DNA of 64,000 bases, from positions 562,323-626,322 of the forward strand of contig OZ252008.1 in NCBI GenBank assembly GCA_965246995.1, written 5' to 3'. Positions 58,400 to 64,000 of the stretch are shown in pieces (the first letter of the stretch is position 1; each line of letters starts with the position of its first letter). A model generated the notes under the pieces. The model made no database searches. It was not told the DNA's origin and saw only the letters and a program-made list of their open reading frames with translations. This DNA comes from Vicinamibacterales bacterium. GTDB lineage: Bacteria; Acidobacteriota; Vicinamibacteria; Vicinamibacterales; UBA8438. Position numbers and translations under genes: made by a program.

Positions 58400-60018
58400 C
58401 AGCCTGTCGGACTTAGGCGCGGCAAACGCGCGTGGAAGCGACTTGGCACCTGTTTGAACGACGCCCTGTGTCTCTGTGCCGGGAGGGCCGCTTCGACCGA
58501 AACGGGGACTGTATCCTGGCCATCGGTCGCTGACGGCGCCTGGAGGTCTTTCTGACGCCTCTGGTGGGTCGCGAACACGCCGAGTTCCGCCCCGTATAGC
58601 CCCGTCATGCCAGCCTGAGGTTGTGCACGCGTCGGCAGTTATACGCCAGCGTTACCAAGGCCCATTCGCCCTCCACCTTCTCAAGACCCCGCAGCAGAAA
58701 CTGCCGGAAGCCCATCGCCTGCTTCACGATCCCGAACACCGGCTCCACCGTCTGCTGGCGCAAACGGTAATGCGCCCGGTGCTCCGGCAGTGCCATCTTC
58801 TCCTGCATCGACTTGATCCAGTCCGCCTGCGGCTCCTTCGCCAGCTGCTCCGGCGGCTCCGGTCGGAAGTCGTGCCGGCGCCGTTGGCCTTCCGCCCCCG
58901 TCGCCACCAACACCTCCACACCGCGACCTGCCAGTTGCGACACCTCGCTGCCCGTCGCGTAGCCACTGTCCGCCAGTACCCGATCCGCCGCGCCCACCGC
59001 CGTCGGTATCGCGTCCACGTCCGCCACCAACTCGTTGCGGTCGCTCGCGCACACGCTCACCCGCGACCCCAACACCAACTGACTGCCGTCGGCATCCACC
59101 ACCGCCTGCGCGTTGTATGCCTGGCGGTACTCATGGCGCCGGCTCTTGCGCATCAGCGCACTGTCCGCATCCGTCAGGTTGATCTGCGCCTTCGCCTCCG
59201 GCGCGTCCCTCGGCGGCGTGATGTGCCGACCCTTGCGCGATCCCGCACGCCGCTCCCGCGCCGCCACCGTGCGCTCGTACTCCGCCCGCTCCGCGTCCGC
59301 ACGCGCCTGCGCACGCCGTTCCAACTCCGCGCACGCACGGTCCAGCTTCGCCCGTAGCGTCTCGCGCCGCGACAACTCCTCCGGCAGACCCTGTGGGTCC
59401 GGCACGTCGTCCGTGTCGGCGTGCTCCGCCTGATCCAACAACCCCTCGATCTCGCCTCGCAACTGCTCGCGCAACGCCCCCGCACGGTCGTAGCGGATGC
59501 TGTTGCGCTTGTTCGCGTTCGCGTCCACCTTCGTCCCGTCCACGCTCACCGTCCCAACACGCAGCAACTGCAGCTCCTTCGCCAGCAGCAGTACCTGCAG
59601 GAACGCCTCCGCTACCGCTTCGAAGTTGCTGCGCCGGAACGTGCAGATCGTGTCGTGGTCCGGATGACAGTTCGCCGCCACGTACCGAACGCCAATGTCC
59701 CGATACGTCGCCCGCTCGATCCGACGCGAGCCGAAGATCCCGTTCGCGTAGCAGTACACCAGCAACGCCAGCATCATCCGCGGGTGATACTGCGCCGATC
59801 CGGTGCCCCGTTCGTTCACCTGGAACCGCTCCAGCGGCACCCGTTCCACCGCCTCCACCACGAAGTGCGCCAGATCGTCCTCAGGCAGCCAATCGCGCAG
59901 GTCCGGCGGCAGCAGATACAACTGCGACTGGTGCCGCTGTACAAAATTCGGCATCTACTTCTACCCCCTCAACTCGACAAGCCCCATTATAAAACCCGGG
60001 CCTAAGTCCGACAGGCTG
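58400..60018 (-). mobile_element. IS1182-family insertion sequence, copy 2 (1619 bp, a different element from copy 1)
   Basis: It has perfect 19-bp inverted termini, CAGCCTGTCGGACTTAGGC ... GCCTAAGTCCGACAGGCTG. It is flanked by CTAG (58396-58399) and CTAG (60019-60022). Confidence 0.88.
58605..59954 (-). CDS. IS1182-family DDE transposase
   Basis: MPNFVQRHQSQLYLLPPDLRDWLPEDDLAHFV...YHPRMMLALLVYCYANGIFGSRRIERATYRDIGVRYVAANCHPDHDTICTFRR...VSVDGTKVDANAN. Confidence 0.88.
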   Translation of the reverse strand: MPNFVQRHQSQLYLLPPDLRDWLPEDDLAHFVVEAVERVPLERFQVNERGTGSAQYHPRMMLALLVYCYANGIFGSRRIERATYRDIGVRYVAANCHPDHDTICTFRRSNFEAVAEAFLQVLLLAKELQLLRVGTVSVDGTKVDANANKRNSIRYDRAGALREQLRGEIEGLLDQAEHADTDDVPDPQGLPEELSRRETLRAKLDRACAELERRAQARADAERAEYERTVAARERRAGSRKGRHITPPRDAPEAKAQINLTDADSALMRKSRRHEYRQAYNAQAVVDADGSQLVLGSRVSVCASDRNELVADVDAIPTAVGAADRVLADSGYATGSEVSQLAGRGVEVLVATGAEGQRRRHDFRPEPPEQLAKEPQADWIKSMQEKMALPEHRAHYRLRQQTVEPVFGIVKQAMGFRQFLLRGLEKVEGEWALVTLAYNCRRVHNLRLA

Positions 60019-60022
60019 CTAG

Positions 60023-61733
60023 CCCGGATTTCTCACCGTTGTAGATACAAGAGACTGCCTGTGATGGCGTAAAGTGTTGTGGCCGCAATACTTTCACACC
60101 AGACACGGAGGCAGCCTCTTGTCCACACAGTGTACGCCAATCCAACTTGAATTTCCGCGTGTCGGCCGCCGCCGACTGGTGGCGCGTTTCGGTGGCGGGC
60201 GGATTACCTCCAACGCGGGCGCGCTATTACTGCAGGCCGTGGAAGCGTGCACGCAGGTGTGCCGGCGTGCGGCGCGGTGCTTCCAGGATCACCGGGACGG
60301 GCGGTGGGTGGAGCACACGGTCGAGGAGTTAGTGACGCAGCGGGTGTTTGGCCTGGCGCTGGGCTACGAAGACCTGAACGACCACGACACGCTGCGGCGC
60401 GACGCGCTATTGGCGGCGGTGGTGGGCAAGGCGGACCCGACCGGGGCATCCCGGGTGCGGGCGGCGGACCGCGGGTCGGCCCTGGCGGGCAAGAGCACGT
60501 TGAACCGGCTGGAGTTGGCGGGGCCTGACGCGGAGACGGACCGCTACAAGAAGGTGAGCTATGACCAGGCGGCGCTCGATGCGCTGCTGGTCGACCTGTT
60601 CATCGAGGCCCACCCGCAGCCGCCCGTGCGCATCGTGCTCGATGTCGATGCCACCGACGACCCGCTGCACGGCCAACAGGAAGGGCGCTTTTTCCACGGC
60701 TACTACCGGCACTACTGCTATCTGCCGCTGTATGTCTTCTGCGGCGCGCACGTGCTGTGTGCACGGCTCCGGCCGGCGAACATCGATGCGGCGGCCGGCG
60801 TGGTCGATGAACTGGCGTGGATCGTGGACCGCGTGCGGCAGGCGTGGCCGACGGTGGCCATTCTGGTGCGCGGCGACTCGGGCTTCTGCCGGGACGCGTT
60901 GCTGAACTGGTGCGAGGCGCACCAGGTGGACTATCTCATCGGGGTCGCCAAGAACGACCGCCTCAAGGCGCAACTGGCGCCGGCGATGGTGCAGGCCCAG
61001 GCCCAGTGCCAGGCGAGCGGTCAGCCGGCCCGGGTGTTCGCCGACTTCGGCTATCGCACGCGCAAGAGCTGGAGCCGGGAGCGGCGGGTCGTCGGCAAGG
61101 CCGAGCACCTGCCGGCCGGGCCGAATCCGCGCTTCGTGGTGACCTCGCTGCCGGCAGACCGCGTCCCGGCCCAGCCGCTGTATGAGGACCTGTATTGCGC
61201 CCGCGGCGATATGGAGAACCGCATCAAGGAGCAGCAACTGGCCTTGTTTGCCGACCGCACCAGCAGTGCCACCCTGCGGGCCAACCAGTTGCGCCTCTAC
61301 TGGTCGACCTTGGCCTACGTCCTGTTGCACGCGCTCCGCAGCCGGGCTTTGGCAGGCACCCGGCTCGCCCGCGCCCAATGCGACACCTTACGCCTCCGGC
61401 TGCTCAAGGTCGGCGCCCATATCCGTGTCACCGCACGCTGCGTCTGGGTCGCGTTGACCGACTATCTGCCTGACGCCGACCTGTTCATCCTCGCCGCCAA
61501 CCGCTTGCACCAAGCGCGCGCACCCGCCTGACGCCCCAGTCCAACGCCAGACCACGTCCGCAGCTACCCGGTGGACTACCCCGGGGCCGGCCCGCTGCGC
61601 CCGACACGCCGCCGTCGGTGTCGCAACCGCCCCGTCCGCCGCCTTCCAACCTCTCCCGCGCGTCCGTGCTGGACCTCCTGCGCCGTAAACTCACCGCTTC
61701 AGCCTCGCGCCGGGTGGCTGTGAGAAATCCGGG
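60023..61733 (+). mobile_element. IS1380-family insertion sequence, copy 2 (1711 bp)
   Basis: The inverted termini are CCCGGATTTCTCAC ... GTGAGAAATCCGGG. It is flanked by CTAG (60019-60022) and CTAG (61734-61737). Confidence 0.85.
60074..61531 (+). CDS. IS1380-family DDE transposase
   Basis: ARFGGGRITSNAGALLLQAVE...VFGLALGYEDLNDHDTLRRD...LAGKSTLNRLE...IVLDVDATDDPLHG. Confidence 0.88.
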   Translation: MLWPQYFHTRHGGSLLSTQCTPIQLEFPRVGRRRLVARFGGGRITSNAGALLLQAVEACTQVCRRAARCFQDHRDGRWVEHTVEELVTQRVFGLALGYEDLNDHDTLRRDALLAAVVGKADPTGASRVRAADRGSALAGKSTLNRLELAGPDAETDRYKKVSYDQAALDALLVDLFIEAHPQPPVRIVLDVDATDDPLHGQQEGRFFHGYYRHYCYLPLYVFCGAHVLCARLRPANIDAAAGVVDELAWIVDRVRQAWPTVAILVRGDSGFCRDALLNWCEAHQVDYLIGVAKNDRLKAQLAPAMVQAQAQCQASGQPARVFADFGYRTRKSWSRERRVVGKAEHLPAGPNPRFVVTSLPADRVPAQPLYEDLYCARGDMENRIKEQQLALFADRTSSATLRANQLRLYWSTLAYVLLHALRSRALAGTRLARAQCDTLRLRLLKVGAHIRVTARCVWVALTDYLPDADLFILAANRLHQARAPA

Positions 61734-61737
61734 CTAG

Positions 61738-61896
61738 GAGCCCGTGGTGAAACCCCCGCTACATTCGAGCGGCGATGCATCCCGCCTGAACGGCGTTGCT
61801 CCTCGGTCTCATACGGGCCAATATGCTCCCTCGTCGCGCCTTGTCAGTCGGGCGCCTCACCGCTCTCGGTGCGACGCGGGGTTTCACCACGGGCTC
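61738..61896 (+). mobile_element. MITE-like palindromic element, copy F (short form, 159 bp)
   Basis: It belongs to the same family. Flanks are CTAG (61734-61737) and CTAA (61897-61900). Confidence 0.85.
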
Positions 61897-61915
61897 CTAA
61901 GGAGGATAGCCGCGA

Positions 61916-63037
61916 CTACTGCTTCACCCGGAGGTCGCGGTCCAGTTCGACGACGGAAGCCCCCAGAGGCGAGAGACGACGGGCATACCGCGCATCGGTG
62001 ATGATGACGCGGTAGCCGTCTGGAGTTTCTTCCACCGCGTAGGCCGGGTAGCGGATCCAGGCGACGAGGCCCTGCACGTGCGGCGCGGTGCGTGCGGCGG
62101 CGATGATGGCGTCGGCGCGCGGACCGCGCGGCTGCCGATCGATGGCCCGCGCCGCCACACGGGGTTCGGCGCCCCGCAGCCAATCGAGATCGAGGAAGTG
62201 GTAATGCTCCGCGTCGGCGACGACGATGTCACGGCGGAACGGATTGCCCGGCGTAGGGGACGCCATCACTTCGATCGGCGTGTCGTCCCCCTGCGCGGCC
62301 AGCCACGCGGCTACCTGTTGCTCGGCGAGGCGCGAGGCAGCGACCATCACGACGATGTAGACCGCGATGGCGGAGAGGCAGATTGTGGCCAGGCGCGGCA
62401 AGGCCAGACGCCATTGTCCGCTCGCGCGCAGCCAGACGATCGCGGCGACGCCGACGCACCAGAGCAGCCGCGTTGCGGCCGGCGCTCCCTCGAAGCCGGT
62501 GACGAGTGACGTCGCGGCGACCCCCAGCACGACCCACGCCGCGAGACTGGCGCGTGACGTGCTGCGCGCGAGGACGACGGAGGTTCCCGCGAGCAGCCAG
62601 ACCCACGGGTCGACCACGAACAGCGCATCGCCGTGGTACCACGTTCCCGAGAACGGCATCAGGAAGCGCACGCCGTACGTGTTGAGCCAGTCCAGAGCCG
62701 GGTGCGTCCAGACGGCGATGGCGCAGACCGCGACGAGCGGAAGGGTTCGAACGGGCGGGCTGTTCTGCCGGACCGGTCCGGAGAACCACCGGCGCGCGCG
62801 ATCCGCGAGAATCAGCAGTCCGGCCAGTGCGAGGGGGAGAACGACCATCGCCAGCAGGCCGTGCGTCCAGCCGCGGCGAAAGCCGAGCGAGACGTCGCGC
62901 GTCATGAAGAGGGTGATGGCGTCGAGGTCCGGGGCGTTCGCGCCCAGCAGCAACGCTGGCGTGGCGAGTGCGGTGGCGCGGCGGAGCCGCGTCTCCGCCA
63001 GTGTCACGCCGATGAGGGTATGGGCGATTGGGTCCAT
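61916..63037 (-). CDS. Membrane-bound metal-dependent hydrolase (YdjM/DUF457-like) with a C-terminal extra-membrane domain
   Basis: MDPIAHTLIGVTLAE...GANAPDLD...RGWTHGLL are YdjM-type His/Asp motifs, followed by several TM helices. 373 aa. Confidence 0.7.
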   Translation of the reverse strand: MDPIAHTLIGVTLAETRLRRATALATPALLLGANAPDLDAITLFMTRDVSLGFRRGWTHGLLAMVVLPLALAGLLILADRARRWFSGPVRQNSPPVRTLPLVAVCAIAVWTHPALDWLNTYGVRFLMPFSGTWYHGDALFVVDPWVWLLAGTSVVLARSTSRASLAAWVVLGVAATSLVTGFEGAPAATRLLWCVGVAAIVWLRASGQWRLALPRLATICLSAIAVYIVVMVAASRLAEQQVAAWLAAQGDDTPIEVMASPTPGNPFRRDIVVADAEHYHFLDLDWLRGAEPRVAARAIDRQPRGPRADAIIAAARTAPHVQGLVAWIRYPAYAVEETPDGYRVIITDARYARRLSPLGASVVELDRDLRVKQ

Positions 63038-63093
63038 CGCGCGCCATAGAATAAACGCCTCGGTCGATGACCGTAGCGAGACGGGAGTAAAGC

Positions 63094-63930
63094 GTGACAG
63101 ACAACGTGCTGAAGGATGTGAACATCGCTTTTATCGGCGCGGGCGCCATGGGCTCCGCGATGATCGGCGGCCTGGTATCCCGCCATGGCGTCGAGCCGGC
63201 CCGTGTGACGGCCAGCGACAAGCATGCCGAACGGCTTGAGGAGATGCGGGACCAGTTCGGTATCGCGACGACGCACGACAACCGCGAGGCGGCGGCCGGC
63301 GGGCAGGTGGTCGTGCTGTCGGTGAAGCCGCAGGTATTGCCGGGTGTGTTGCACGAACTGCAGGGGGGTATCGATGCGGACGCGCTGGTGCTTTCCATCG
63401 TCGCCGGGGCGACGATCGCGACGATGGCGGGCGGGCTCGGTCACCGCGCCATCGTCCGGACGATGCCCAACACCCCGGCGCAGGTGGGTGAAGGCATGAC
63501 GGTCTGGTGCGCGACGCCGGAGGTGTCCGAGGCGCAGCGGGCGCAAGCGGGCGCGATCGTCGGCGCGCTCGGAAGGCAACTGTTCGTCGAGGACGAGGCG
63601 TTCCTCGACATGGCGACGGCGATCAGCGGGTCGGGGCCCGCGTATGTCTTCCTGATGATGGAGGCCCTGATTGACGCGGCGGTGCACCTCGGCTTCTCGC
63701 GCGCAGCGGCGCGCGAGCTGGTGCTGCAGACCATCCGGGGCTCGGCGATCTACGCGCAGCAGCAGCCGGTGCACCCGGCGGAGCTGCGGAACCGCGTGAC
63801 GTCGCCCGGAGGCACGAGCGCCGAAGCGCTCTACCAGCTCGAGAAGGGCAACTTCCGCACCGTCATCTCAAAGGCGGTGGTGGCGGCGTACAACCGGAGC
63901 GTCGAACTGGGACGGGGTGGTGGGCGCTGA
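63094..63930 (+). CDS. proC: Pyrroline-5-carboxylate reductase
   Basis: NIAFIGAGAMGSAMIGGL...VLSVKPQ...RTMPNTPAQVGEGMT...SGSGPAYVFLMMEAL...VTSPGGTSAEAL. GTG start. Confidence 0.9.
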   Translation: MTDNVLKDVNIAFIGAGAMGSAMIGGLVSRHGVEPARVTASDKHAERLEEMRDQFGIATTHDNREAAAGGQVVVLSVKPQVLPGVLHELQGGIDADALVLSIVAGATIATMAGGLGHRAIVRTMPNTPAQVGEGMTVWCATPEVSEAQRAQAGAIVGALGRQLFVEDEAFLDMATAISGSGPAYVFLMMEALIDAAVHLGFSRAAARELVLQTIRGSAIYAQQQPVHPAELRNRVTSPGGTSAEALYQLEKGNFRTVISKAVVAAYNRSVELGRGGGR

Positions 63931-64000
63931 ATCGGATGACGTGCGGCCAGGATCGCCCGCGGCGGCCTATTCACCGCGCGGGATAAGGCGCGACGGGAAC

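Overview
This is a 64-kb, densely coding bacterial chromosomal segment, visibly above 60% G+C in most of its length. Most genes are housekeeping, redox or nutrient-uptake genes: gdhA (partial), an aldo/keto reductase, gltX-glnS, trkA-trkH, a PLP decarboxylase, tkt, ggt, sorAB, msrA, pgmB with a GH65 phosphorylase, ppk2, an M1 peptidase, a PQQ dehydrogenase with cytochrome c, a TonB-dependent receptor locus with two unknown secreted paralogues and PhoD, a Kv-type channel and proC. The gene content would fit a soil Acidobacteria- or Gemmatimonadota-like organism, but taxonomy cannot be assigned from this sequence alone.

Several things are not visible in a plain ORF track:
1. Two genes are interrupted by an in-frame TGA exactly at a conserved redox cysteine, so both are selenoprotein candidates. 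One is a SelW/Rdx-like protein with a CxxU motif at 30286-30516. The other is an OsmC/YhfA-like protein at 20808-21272. Each has a hairpin downstream of the TGA.
2. Six copies of a 158-194 bp MITE-like palindromic element carry 20-bp terminal inverted repeats and CTAG-type flanks. These flanks often form the stop codons of the neighbouring genes.
3. Two independent pile-ups have the same order, IS1182-like, IS1380-like, then MITE, with every junction a CTAG.
4. A small GC-rich hairpin with 12-nt repeats occurs at four loci, two of them in frame inside genes.
5. A lower-GC islet carries a SAMHD1-like HD phosphohydrolase and a YwgA-like partner, split by a MITE.
6. One 582-aa protein fuses a SAM methyltransferase to an HNH nuclease.
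7. A membrane protein is built from nine 33-bp (11-residue) tandem repeats.
8. The TonB-dependent receptor is frameshifted at a G6 tract.

No rRNA, tRNA or CRISPR array was seen.
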